Sequence record: OP380601.1
Length of the DNA: 24,000 bases
DNA from: Aeromonas phage avDM6
Strand: one strand, 5' to 3'
Below, in pieces: positions 7,013 through 15,315 of this stretch. Numbering within the stretch: position 1 is the stretch's first letter; each line of letters begins with the position of its first letter. The notes beneath the pieces are model-generated. The model was not told where the DNA came from and did not search any database. It saw nothing but the letters and a program-made list of their open reading frames with translations. A program made the translations under genes and the position numbers.

Positions 7013-8575
7013 ATGAGCATTAATATGAGTCAGATTATTATCAATAATCTGATATATAACGGCGAATATTTCGGGAAGGTATATCCGTTCCTTGAGTCTT
7101 CCTATTTTTCTAAGGGACCATATCGTATTGCATTTGATATGATCCAAGAACATGCTAAAAAACATAACAAAGCCCCAAGTGTGGCTGCATTAAGTGTTAT
7201 GGTTGAGCGTAAACAGAATATGAGTCAGGTAGAATATGACCAGACCAAAATTCTAATTAGTCGAATTGAACAAGCACCGGAAGATAAAAACTGGCTAATT
7301 GACGAAACCGAAAGGTTTTGTAAAGAACGTGCAATAGACATTGCATTATCTGAGTGTATTCAGATCCGAGAAAATTTCTCGAAACCTCTTGATGAACAAG
7401 ACCCAAAAATTAAAGATATTGGGGCTATGCAGGAGATCATGAAAAAAGCTATGTCGGTTGGTTTTACTTTCGATATAGGTCACGATTATATGGGGCAGGC
7501 TGAGGAACGTTGGGAAGCGTATAATCAGAAGACCAATAAGATCCCGTTCTTAAATCATATGCTGAACAGGATCACCAAGGGTGGCGTTGAAATTGGTACT
7601 TTAAACGTAATCCTTGCTGGTACTGGTGTTGGTAAATCTATCGGTCTATGTCACCTTGCAACTGAGTATATGCAACTCGGATTAAACGTCTTATACGTTT
7701 CATTTGAAATGAGTGAAGAAACCGTAGGTAAGCGTATAGACGCGAATTTGATGGACCTTACACTTGACGATCTTGACAGTGGATTGATCCAAAAAACTGA
7801 GTTTATGAACCGGTTTACCAAAAAGGTTATTGGTAAGAAACTTGGTAAACTGTATGTTAAACAGTTCCCAACGTCCGGTGCAAACGTAAATCATATCAGA
7901 AACTTGATTGACGAACTCGAAATGAAAAAGGGTTTTAAACCTGATATAATCATGGTGGACTATCTTGGTATCATGGCTTCGTCTCGTATGAAGTTTTCAG
8001 ATAATTCATACGCCTTCATCAAGGCAATTTCAGAAGAAGTTCGTGGACTTGCTATTGAGAAAAAGCTAGTTGCTTGGTCTGGCGCACAAACTAACCGAGG
8101 TTCTTCTGACAGTCTTGAGATTGATAAGGCTGATATTGCGGATTCGTATGCGCTTCTTCATGGTTGTGATTTTGTTCTAGCAATTTCAGAAGATGAAGAT
8201 CTTATTGGAATGGGTCAACAGTTGTTTAAACAGCTAAAATCTCGATATGGTGATATCAATACTTACAATAAGTTTTGTATGGTGGTCGAAAAGTCTAAAA
8301 TGCGTTGGTCTGATCTTGACGAAACCACTCCGTACACGGTAGTATTTGAGAGAAAGGATCTGGAAGAACGTTCGGATATTAAAGCGGATTCAATTGTAGT
8401 TCGTACTGGGGACACTTCTACATCCGTTCCTGTAACTCTTGATCCTGAAATTGAGGATATTATTGATACTAAACCGCTTGGGAATGTATTGTTTAAACGT
8501 GCTATGACCAATGTCGATATTAAGATAGATTTCGATATCCCAGAAGATAATGACGATGATATCCCTTGGGACTAA
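7013..8575 (+). CDS. 41: Replicative DnaB-type helicase (T4 gp41-like)
   Basis: Walker A LAGTGVGKS, LYVSFEMSEETVGKRIDANL, DIIMVDYLGIM, WSGAQTNRGSSDSL. The true start is probably ATG 7013 (AAGAGG upstream) rather than GTG 6968, which lies within the terminator. Confidence 0.94.
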   Translation: MSINMSQIIINNLIYNGEYFGKVYPFLESSYFSKGPYRIAFDMIQEHAKKHNKAPSVAALSVMVERKQNMSQVEYDQTKILISRIEQAPEDKNWLIDETERFCKERAIDIALSECIQIRENFSKPLDEQDPKIKDIGAMQEIMKKAMSVGFTFDIGHDYMGQAEERWEAYNQKTNKIPFLNHMLNRITKGGVEIGTLNVILAGTGVGKSIGLCHLATEYMQLGLNVLYVSFEMSEETVGKRIDANLMDLTLDDLDSGLIQKTEFMNRFTKKVIGKKLGKLYVKQFPTSGANVNHIRNLIDELEMKKGFKPDIIMVDYLGIMASSRMKFSDNSYAFIKAISEEVRGLAIEKKLVAWSGAQTNRGSSDSLEIDKADIADSYALLHGCDFVLAISEDEDLIGMGQQLFKQLKSRYGDINTYNKFCMVVEKSKMRWSDLDETTPYTVVFERKDLEERSDIKADSIVVRTGDTSTSVPVTLDPEIEDIIDTKPLGNVLFKRAMTNVDIKIDFDIPEDNDDDIPWD

Positions 8576-8583
8576 ATAATAAA

Positions 8584-8608
8584 CGGGGCTGTGTGGCCCC
8601 ATTATTTT
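8584..8608 (+). terminator. Putative rho-independent terminator
   Basis: GGGGC-TGTGTG-GCCCC followed by ATTATTTTT. Confidence 0.65.
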
Positions 8609-8620
8609 TAGGAGACAATT

Positions 8621-9064
8621 GTGAACAAAATGGAATCTGCATACTCTAAATGTATGTTTTCTTTGCTAAATAAACCTTTCCGTGATTGGGAAGCGTTTAG
8701 CGAAGGAATTATTGACGAACAAGGAAATAAAATTGGTGAACCTAAATCGGTTCGAGGCATTGCTGCATATACCAAATTTCACGAATCTGTTAACACTCTA
8801 AAACAATGTATAGATACTTATAGTAATACCGGACTGATGGTTGATCTGTATGAAGTTAAATCTAAATGGAATACGTTAACAGAAAAATATGGGGCTCCAG
8901 ATACAACCATTGAAAAACTATGTGAGGCTATGGTTGCTGGGGATAGTGGTGGAAGTGTAACTAATATTGCTACTGGCGTTACTACTGGTTCAGTTACAGG
9001 TAAAGGTCCATCCGGTAAAAAACTGGTTAAAAAGAAAATTAAAAGTCCTCTAGTGAATGATTGA
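8621..9064 (+). CDS. Hypothetical protein (about 144-147 aa) with Lys-rich C-terminus
   Basis: ORF with GGAG SD (8611-8614), starting at GTG 8621 or ATG 8630; between helicase and primase genes. Confidence 0.75.
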   Translation: MNKMESAYSKCMFSLLNKPFRDWEAFSEGIIDEQGNKIGEPKSVRGIAAYTKFHESVNTLKQCIDTYSNTGLMVDLYEVKSKWNTLTEKYGAPDTTIEKLCEAMVAGDSGGSVTNIATGVTTGSVTGKGPSGKKLVKKKIKSPLVND

Positions 9065-9123
9065 TACGTATATGTTACAAATTGTAAGTATATACACGTT
9101 TTCGTAACACATACGATACAGAA

Positions 9124-9149
9124 AGCCCCTTAATTGGGGCTTTATTTTT
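9124..9149 (+). terminator. Rho-independent terminator
   Basis: AGCCCC (9124-9129)-TTAATT-GGGGCT (9136-9141) followed by TTATTTTT. Confidence 0.8.
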
Positions 9150-9189
9150 ATGGGGAACCTGTGTTATACTAACGGAATAAGGGGGATTT

Positions 9190-10236
9190 ATGAATATTAT
9201 TTCTATAGAAAGAGATTTCGCAACTCGTCTATCATATCGAATGGAGATGTGTACTGATCATGCCCGTGGTGTTGAGGTTAGGTATAACTTCAAATGTCCA
9301 CTATGTGGGGATGGTGATTCCGGTTATAAAACCCGTGGATGGTTATACGAGGATGACGGACACGTTAGATTTGGTTGCTTCAACTGTGGTCGAAACTTTA
9401 AGCTAACAAACTATCTATACGACCATGAACCGGAAATGTATAGAGAATTTGCAAAAGAAAAGTTTTCAAATAAAGATGATAGTTGGGTGTCTGTTGAGAA
9501 ACCAAAACCGAAACCAGTTGAAATCGTAAAAAAGAATGTGATACCATATTCGACTTGTATTGCAGATCTTCCAGAAAATCATCCCGCTGTTAAATGGGTT
9601 GCCAATCGAAAGATCCCTAAACATCAATATCATCTATTTTTCTTCACAGACGAATGGAAGAAACTAGCAAATAATATAAAACCAGAAACATACTTGTATG
9701 ATGACAAAAAAGAGTATAGACTAGTTATCCCGATCTATAATAAGGATGGAACTTATTCCTCATTGCAAGGTCGCGCACTAGATCCGAATGTAGATAAAAG
9801 CCGCCGATACCTTACTATCAAAGCCGATGATAAGGCTTCTAAGGTTTATGGAATGGAAAGAGCGGATCCCAACAAAACCGTATGGATGTTAGAGGGTCCA
9901 ATCGATAGTGTTTTCATTCCTAATGCATGTGCTATCGTAGGTGGTGTTATGGCACTTGAGGATGCACCATTTCCAGAAAAACGTGTTTGGGTACTTGACA
10001 AGGAAGACCGCTCTTTTGATACAATCAAACGGATAGAAAATTTGGTTAATGCTGGTGAACGGGTTGTCATATGGGACGAATGCCCATGGCAATCTAAAGA
10101 TATAAATGATATGGTAAAAAATGACGGCGCTTGTATTGAAGATATCATTTCTTATCTAAAAGAACATACATACTATGGTCTACGGGCGGAACTTGCACTT
10201 AGCAAGTGGCGCAGATTTGGACATAAGAGGATTTAG
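9190..10236 (+). CDS. 61: DNA primase (T4 gp61-like)
   Basis: Zinc motif CPLCGDGDSGYKTRGWLY...FGCFNCGRNF; VWMLEGPIDSVFIPNACAIVGG; RVWVLDKEDRSFDTIKRIENLVNAGERVVIWDECPWQSKDINDMV, colinear with T4 gp61. Confidence 0.95.
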   Translation: MNIISIERDFATRLSYRMEMCTDHARGVEVRYNFKCPLCGDGDSGYKTRGWLYEDDGHVRFGCFNCGRNFKLTNYLYDHEPEMYREFAKEKFSNKDDSWVSVEKPKPKPVEIVKKNVIPYSTCIADLPENHPAVKWVANRKIPKHQYHLFFFTDEWKKLANNIKPETYLYDDKKEYRLVIPIYNKDGTYSSLQGRALDPNVDKSRRYLTIKADDKASKVYGMERADPNKTVWMLEGPIDSVFIPNACAIVGGVMALEDAPFPEKRVWVLDKEDRSFDTIKRIENLVNAGERVVIWDECPWQSKDINDMVKNDGACIEDIISYLKEHTYYGLRAELALSKWRRFGHKRI

Positions 10237-10239
10237 TTT

Positions 10240-10599
10240 ATGGAAAATAGTGATTTAGATTATATTTTGACAGTTGTTGAAGTTCTTGAAAATGTATCAA
10301 ATAGTAAATTCCCAGAATGGTGGGATTATGATATTGGTTTGTGTAACCAAAGTTGGAATTTGTGTGTAGATTTTAAAAAATACGAAACTGATTGTTATTA
10401 CTCCCTTACTGATGTAATTCAAAATCATGTGGAAGATTGGGATGATTATTCCGGTAATATAAATTATCCGGTCAAGTCCCCGCGAGGATTGACACCATTT
10501 GATGAATATGTCGAAGTAGATAATTACTACTATGGAACATATGGTGAAAGCCGGAAACGTCTAGCACAATTTTTGTCTGAAAAATTAAATGAGGTTTAA
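10240..10599 (+). CDS. Hypothetical acidic/aromatic-rich protein (119 aa)
   Basis: Intact ORF in a tightly packed operon; no family recognised. Confidence 0.75.
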   Translation: MENSDLDYILTVVEVLENVSNSKFPEWWDYDIGLCNQSWNLCVDFKKYETDCYYSLTDVIQNHVEDWDDYSGNINYPVKSPRGLTPFDEYVEVDNYYYGTYGESRKRLAQFLSEKLNEV

Positions 10600-10601
10600 A
10601 A

Positions 10602-11093
10602 ATGGAAATGAATTTTATTAGTGGTTTCGAATATGATGTAATGCCGGATTTTCAACGTGAGGGAGATGCCGCTATTGATCTGCGAACCCCAGAAACCGTT
10701 ATGTTGAAACCGGGTGAGGATATCGTTATCAATACCGGTATGAGGTTTGATATGAGTCAAATTGAAACTGGTATTGAAGGCGTTGGTATCGCGGCAATGA
10801 TCCTCCCACGTTCGGGTCTTGGATTTAAATTCTATACTCGACTTGCTAATACTGTCGGTCTTATTGACGGAAATTATCAAGGCGAGATTATGGTTAAAGT
10901 TCGAAATGAACATATTGTGAATGAAGATGACCCAATGACTTTTAGCAAAGTTCTTCATATTCCGAAAGGTGAGCGGTTTTGTCAGATGGTGTTTATCCCA
11001 GTATTCAACAAGATTAAGTTTAATCGGGTTGATGATTTTGAAACACAAACAGTTCGTGGGTCTGCTGGGATCGGTTCTTCGGGGACCAAATGA
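10602..11093 (+). CDS. dut: dUTPase (trimeric, beta type)
   Basis: dUTPase motifs: AAIDLRTPE (motif 1), PRSGLGFKF (motif 2), ANTVGLIDGNYQGEI (motif 3), KGERFCQMVFIP (motif 4), RGSAGIGSSG (motif 5). Confidence 0.93.
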   Translation: MEMNFISGFEYDVMPDFQREGDAAIDLRTPETVMLKPGEDIVINTGMRFDMSQIETGIEGVGIAAMILPRSGLGFKFYTRLANTVGLIDGNYQGEIMVKVRNEHIVNEDDPMTFSKVLHIPKGERFCQMVFIPVFNKIKFNRVDDFETQTVRGSAGIGSSGTK

Positions 11094-11752
11094 TGGTTAC
11101 TGACTTTATTATTGACTTTGAATCGTTAGATGTATGTGAATCTGCAATTTTGATTGAAGCTTCTATAATTCCGTTTAATATGGATATTGTGAATGTACCA
11201 TCGTTTAATAGTCTGGTATCAAACGGAATTAAAATTAAGTTTAATATTAAGTCTCAGAAGGCTCTAGGACGCACTACCAGCGTTTCCACAATCGAGTGGT
11301 GGAAACGTCAGGGAGATGATGCTAAACTTCTCCTGAAGCCATCGGACGAAGATGTGACTATGGTTGAAGGCTTAACTCAGCTTAGGGAATTCCTAAACGA
11401 AAATAATATAAACTTCAAGAAGTCTCACTTCTGGACTCGGGGAGAAATGGATATAATTTGGTTGCGTAGTTGGATAATTTCTGCTATGGGGATTCCCCCG
11501 AGCGAAGTAACCAACGAGGCTCCGGTTATGTTTAACAATTTCCGTGAGATTCGAACGGTTATTGAAGATAACCTTGGAAGGGACCAAACATATTGTCCTT
11601 TACCGGTTGGAAGTCTTCCAGATTTCACAAAACATAACTCATTACATGATTGCGCTCGCGATGTATTGATGATAATCTATTCAAAACGTTACTCTCATGG
11701 GCTTGAAGATATTCCAGCCGAGATAGATCCTAACTCAAAAAGAGGTTATTGA
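11090..11752 (+). CDS. dexA: 3'-5' exonuclease DexA-like
   Basis: TDFIIDFESLD, GIKIKFNIKSQK, TSVSTIEWWKRQ, PSDEDV, CPLPVGSLPDFTKHNSLHDCARDVLMIIYSKRYSHGLEDIPAE, colinear with T4 DexA. ATGA overlap with dut. Confidence 0.93.
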   Translation: MMVTDFIIDFESLDVCESAILIEASIIPFNMDIVNVPSFNSLVSNGIKIKFNIKSQKALGRTTSVSTIEWWKRQGDDAKLLLKPSDEDVTMVEGLTQLREFLNENNINFKKSHFWTRGEMDIIWLRSWIISAMGIPPSEVTNEAPVMFNNFREIRTVIEDNLGRDQTYCPLPVGSLPDFTKHNSLHDCARDVLMIIYSKRYSHGLEDIPAEIDPNSKRGY

Positions 11753-11754
11753 AA

Positions 11755-11928
11755 ATGAAACAAGTATCTGTTGAAGTATTCGAACAAGTTGCGTATGCTG
11801 ATGGTGTTGTATCCCGTACTTGCTACGAACCAGAAGGGTTTTCCCAAAACTTTTACTTGGATGGTAAACTTGTAGCGGTTTATGAAAACTATGATGTTGA
11901 CGCATATCTGGTACATGATGATGCATAA
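11755..11928 (+). CDS. Small hypothetical protein (57 aa), below the ORF-track cutoff
   Basis: Manual translation: MKQVSVEVFEQVAYADGVVSRTCYEPEGFSQNFYLDGKLVAVYENYDVDAYLVHDDA*. It fills the gap between dexA and the next gene. Confidence 0.6.
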   Translation: MKQVSVEVFEQVAYADGVVSRTCYEPEGFSQNFYLDGKLVAVYENYDVDAYLVHDDA

Positions 11929-12322
11929 ACAATTTGAATGGTGGAACGACCCTATTGGCGTTCCATATACCAGCCCATCATATCAGGATTGGCCCAATCA
12001 CTTTTGGGATCCCAATATATGGAAAAATTGTGGTGATTGGGGAATGCCTAACCGTGGATACAAACCTAAACCAACGAATGTCGGGGTGGATAATAAAACC
12101 ACATCAAAGCCGTGCATTTCTTGGTTCCACTATAAAATCACCCGTCAAGAATATGAAATGATGATAGGTTCGGATCCTATGTTTATGGTAGTTCCCATGG
12201 GTGAGTTTACGTTTTTCCGTCACTATGATAAACTAGCTGACGGTAGGTTGCGGTATTTGGTTACTAAGGTAACTGGTTCTCCTAGCTTTACAGAATATTA
12301 TATTGAAAAACTGGGGGAGTGA
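11915..12322 (+). CDS. Hypothetical protein, Trp/Tyr/Pro-rich N-terminus
   Basis: ORF with in-frame ATGs at 11915, 11918 and 11921, overlapping the end of the 57-aa ORF. The track start at 11882 is inside the upstream ORF. Confidence 0.7.
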   Translation: MMMHKQFEWWNDPIGVPYTSPSYQDWPNHFWDPNIWKNCGDWGMPNRGYKPKPTNVGVDNKTTSKPCISWFHYKITRQEYEMMIGSDPMFMVVPMGEFTFFRHYDKLADGRLRYLVTKVTGSPSFTEYYIEKLGE

Positions 12323-12329
12323 TCCCCCA
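12312..12329 (+). other. Hairpin TGGGGGA-GTGA-TCCCCCA spanning a stop codon
   Basis: 7-bp perfect stem with 4-nt loop; the TGA stop of the upstream gene begins in the loop; it lies 16 nt upstream of the topoisomerase start. Confidence 0.5.
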
Positions 12330-12345
12330 TATTTTGGAGAATTTA

Positions 12346-14349
12346 ATGAAAGATCAAGAAGGTCGCATTTTAAGTGACTATGAACATATATTTATGTCTT
12401 CTGATATGTATGTCGGTTCTTTGGCAGAAGAGACACATCAGATATTGGAAAATGGTAAGTTTGTAAGCAAGAGCTATATTCCGGGTCTTGTTAAAATCAT
12501 TGATGAAATCATTGATAACTCCGTTGATGAAGCGATCCGAACCGATTTTAAATATGCAAATAAAATTGATATCGTAGTTGATGATCAAACAAACCAAGTA
12601 ACTATATCAGATAACGGTAGAGGTATACCGCAATATGATGTAACCACACCAGAGGGAGATGTAATTCCATACCCCCAAGCGTGTTATACTCGGGCACGGG
12701 CTGGGGGTAACTTCGTAAAAGAACGTAAAGGTATTGGTAAAAATGGTGTTGGTTCAGTTCTGACTAACCTATATTCTACTATGTTTCGAGCAACCACATG
12801 TGATGGTAAAAATACAGTTACTATCTATTGTACCCAAAATGCCGAACATCAATCTTACACAAAGAAAAAAGGTGGCACTCAAGGTACTACTGTTGAGTTT
12901 ATCCCAGATTTACTTGACAAGTTTGGTATATTTGGTGGTATACCTAGCGATATTGTTGATGTTATTAAATCTCGCGTTGAAATTTTGTCTGTATTGTTTC
13001 CACAAGTTAAGTTCACGTTCAATAAAAAGAAAGTGGATTCCAAATTCAAGAAATTTGCTAGTGATTTTGGTGATCCGGTAATCTTTGAGAATGATAAATG
13101 TTCATTCTTCATAGGTACTTCTGACGAATTCCGTCAGTTGAGTTATGTGAATGGTGTACATACTAAGCAAGGCGGAAACCACGTAGAATATTTGATAAAC
13201 GGTTTGTGTGATGAACTGACTCCAATGATTAAACGAAAGTTTAAGGTGGAGATCAATAAATCACGAATTAAAGAAAATACATTGATTTTTATGTCTCTTC
13301 GTGGATTTGAAGGTGCTAAGTTTGACGGTCAGACAAAAGAAAGACTGAGTAATTCCAATGGTCAAATAAAGGATCATTGTGATATTGATCTAAAAGCAAT
13401 TGCAAAAAAGATGATATCCAACGATTCAGTCATTATGCCTATTGTTGAAAGTGCAATTGCAAAACGGGATGCCGTAGAAAAAGCTCTCGCAACAAAAGCA
13501 CAAAAGAAGGCGCTCACATCCAACGTTCCAAAACATATTCAGGCTAACAAATATGGGAAGAAAGGATTTGAAACCGTTCTATTCTTAACTGAGGGTGATT
13601 CCGCATTAGGATTCCTTGGTGCAACCCGAGATCATGACACACAAGGTGGCTTCCCTCTTCGTGGTAAAATGTTGTCTGTTCACAAGATATCAGACAAAAC
13701 CAAAGTATTGAAAAATGCAGAGATCACCAATATCATTTCCATTTTGGGAATAACTCTTGATGATACTAAAGAATTGCCGAGTGGTGACTTTTATCGAAAT
13801 GGTGATCTTGTTGTTGCTGAAAACGATGAAATGATTGTTAATGGTAAATGGGTGCAAACCCGAGATATTATTACAGGCAATGATTGGACTCGCGAACTTA
13901 AACCTGATATGGTTCATTATAGAAATCAAACCAACGTAAGACGTAATACCGCAGCGAATTATGACTATGTTTCTATTCTTGTTGATGCGGATCCGGATGG
14001 TCGTGGACACATCAGCAACCTGATCATTTCATTGTTCCATAAGTATTGGAAACACTACATTGACCAAGGACGTTTGTTGGTATGTCGTACCCCTGAGTAT
14101 ATCAGTAGAAAGGGTAAGGATGTTGTTTGGTGTTATGATACCGTGGAATTTAACAATAAGAAATTTGCGGGTACTGGTTGGAAACATGAACATGTTAAGG
14201 GATTGGGGCAGTTGAACAAGGAAGATTACAAGAAGTGTATCCGAGATCCTTACATGGAGCGGGTTCGTATAGATGAGGCTGCTGGGGAATCTTTAGAGAT
14301 GTTCTTTGGTAATGAATCTGACTTGCGTAAAGCTTGGATGGATGAGTAA
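12346..14349 (+). CDS. 39: DNA topoisomerase II large subunit (ATPase + TOPRIM; fused T4 gp39/gp60-like)
   Basis: SDMYVGSLAEETHQ, LVKIIDEIIDNSVDEAIRT, DNGRGIP, GIGKNGVGSVLTN, FLTEGDSALGFL, PLRGKML, SILVDADPDGRGHI, HVKGLGQLNKEDYKK, DLRKAWMDE. Start ATG 12346 has a GGAG SD; the track start GTG 12319 overlaps the hairpin. Confidence 0.95.
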   Translation: MKDQEGRILSDYEHIFMSSDMYVGSLAEETHQILENGKFVSKSYIPGLVKIIDEIIDNSVDEAIRTDFKYANKIDIVVDDQTNQVTISDNGRGIPQYDVTTPEGDVIPYPQACYTRARAGGNFVKERKGIGKNGVGSVLTNLYSTMFRATTCDGKNTVTIYCTQNAEHQSYTKKKGGTQGTTVEFIPDLLDKFGIFGGIPSDIVDVIKSRVEILSVLFPQVKFTFNKKKVDSKFKKFASDFGDPVIFENDKCSFFIGTSDEFRQLSYVNGVHTKQGGNHVEYLINGLCDELTPMIKRKFKVEINKSRIKENTLIFMSLRGFEGAKFDGQTKERLSNSNGQIKDHCDIDLKAIAKKMISNDSVIMPIVESAIAKRDAVEKALATKAQKKALTSNVPKHIQANKYGKKGFETVLFLTEGDSALGFLGATRDHDTQGGFPLRGKMLSVHKISDKTKVLKNAEITNIISILGITLDDTKELPSGDFYRNGDLVVAENDEMIVNGKWVQTRDIITGNDWTRELKPDMVHYRNQTNVRRNTAANYDYVSILVDADPDGRGHISNLIISLFHKYWKHYIDQGRLLVCRTPEYISRKGKDVVWCYDTVEFNNKKFAGTGWKHEHVKGLGQLNKEDYKKCIRDPYMERVRIDEAAGESLEMFFGNESDLRKAWMDE

Positions 14350-14354
14350 AAATA

Positions 14355-14387
14355 AAAGGGAACAAATAGTTCCCTTTTTCTTTTTCT
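14355..14387 (+). terminator. Rho-independent terminator
   Basis: AAAGGGAAC (14355-14363)-AAATA-GTTCCCTTT (14369-14377) followed by a T-rich tract. Confidence 0.85.
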
Positions 14388-14422
14388 TGTGTATAATAGA
14401 TAAAAATTATGAGGCAATTGAT

Positions 14423-14755
14423 ATGAAAAACAACTTAAGTAACATTTCACATAAAACAAGTCCTACTCTGTCTATTGGCGACAAGAAACCTGTCTGGTTC
14501 ATCCGTGATAAGGTTGTTGGATGGTATGAACAGTCGATTATTGAATGGAAAGAATGGTGTGACGAGGACGGGATCGAACCCATTGATGAGGTTTGGCGAG
14601 AAGTAAACAAACTACTTGATGCATTGAAGACCGAAACTTATATCACAAAGAAAACGGTTGACTGGAAGATTGTTATGGGGTATTCTCCGGATCTAGATAA
14701 ATTAGCTCTAGACTGGTTGGATTTGTATCTGGATTTTGAGGTGAAGAAAAATTAA
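14423..14755 (+). CDS. Hypothetical protein (110 aa)
   Basis: ATG 14423 is preceded by TGAGG; upstream TATAAT at 14392-14397. The longer track ORF (14306) runs through the terminator and is unlikely. Confidence 0.72.
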   Translation: MKNNLSNISHKTSPTLSIGDKKPVWFIRDKVVGWYEQSIIEWKEWCDEDGIEPIDEVWREVNKLLDALKTETYITKKTVDWKIVMGYSPDLDKLALDWLDLYLDFEVKKN

Positions 14756-14798
14756 ATTTCGTTTTGAAAGTGATATAACCAAACAACAATTTCTGGAC

Positions 14799-15014
14799 AT
14801 GGACCAGATCTATGAAATTGGAGATAATCCCAATCATACAATAGTTGACTATCTTGATAAATATGGTTATGATGAGTTTTATCTAGTGTCAGTTGATTAT
14901 CAGGAAGATAAATTTGTGATTGACATGGAACCAGAAACCCCGTTGGAATTGGAAAGCTTATTCTATCATTTTTCCTCTTCTGACATTTCAAATTTCCTAA
15001 CTATGGTTGAATAA
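14799..15014 (+). CDS. Small acidic hypothetical protein, paralogue of the next ORF
   Basis: 71 aa; VDYLDKYGYDEFYLV...LESLFYHFSSSDISNFLTMVE aligns with the adjacent 90-aa protein. SD is weak. Confidence 0.65.
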   Translation: MDQIYEIGDNPNHTIVDYLDKYGYDEFYLVSVDYQEDKFVIDMEPETPLELESLFYHFSSSDISNFLTMVE

Positions 15015-15017
15015 ATT

Positions 15018-15290
15018 ATGAAAAAGTATCGTTTTAAAAGTGAAAATCATAAACAAGAATTCGCAAGTGATTGTTTTAATCACGCGGGGCAAGAAGATCT
15101 TAAAACATATAATCAAGCCGTAATCGAATTTCTAGATGCAGAAGGTCTTGACGAATTTTATATTGACAATGAAGATGATGAAGCATGGATTATGGTTGAT
15201 GGTTCCCCCGCAATTATTATGCATTTTGATGCAGCCCTACTTTTTCATCTATACCAAGAAGATATCGAAGAATATATGGTAGAAGTTTAA
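15018..15290 (+). CDS. Small acidic hypothetical protein, paralogue of the previous ORF
   Basis: 90 aa; IEFLDAEGLDEFYID...DAALLFHLYQEDIEEYMVEV. Confidence 0.72.
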   Translation: MKKYRFKSENHKQEFASDCFNHAGQEDLKTYNQAVIEFLDAEGLDEFYIDNEDDEAWIMVDGSPAIIMHFDAALLFHLYQEDIEEYMVEV

Positions 15291-15315
15291 TTTTGGGTTA
15301 TGAGGATTTTATAAT

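Noticed and set aside
7700-7894. tRNA genes, CRISPR arrays or mobile elements
   Set aside because: I saw no cloverleaf-like intergenic segment, no direct-repeat array and no transposase, integrase or homing endonuclease motifs anywhere in the window (the coordinates are only a placeholder). A tRNAscan-SE run would settle tRNAs.
12319-12345. GTG start at 12319 for the topoisomerase
   Set aside because: It overlaps the upstream stop and a 7-bp hairpin. ATG 12346 has a GGAG SD and gives the expected N-terminus.
14306-14422. 5' extension of ORF 14306..14755 overlapping the end of the topoisomerase gene
   Set aside because: It would read through a strong terminator (MVMNLTCVKLG...VPFFFFLC); ATG 14423 follows TGAGG and a TATAAT element.
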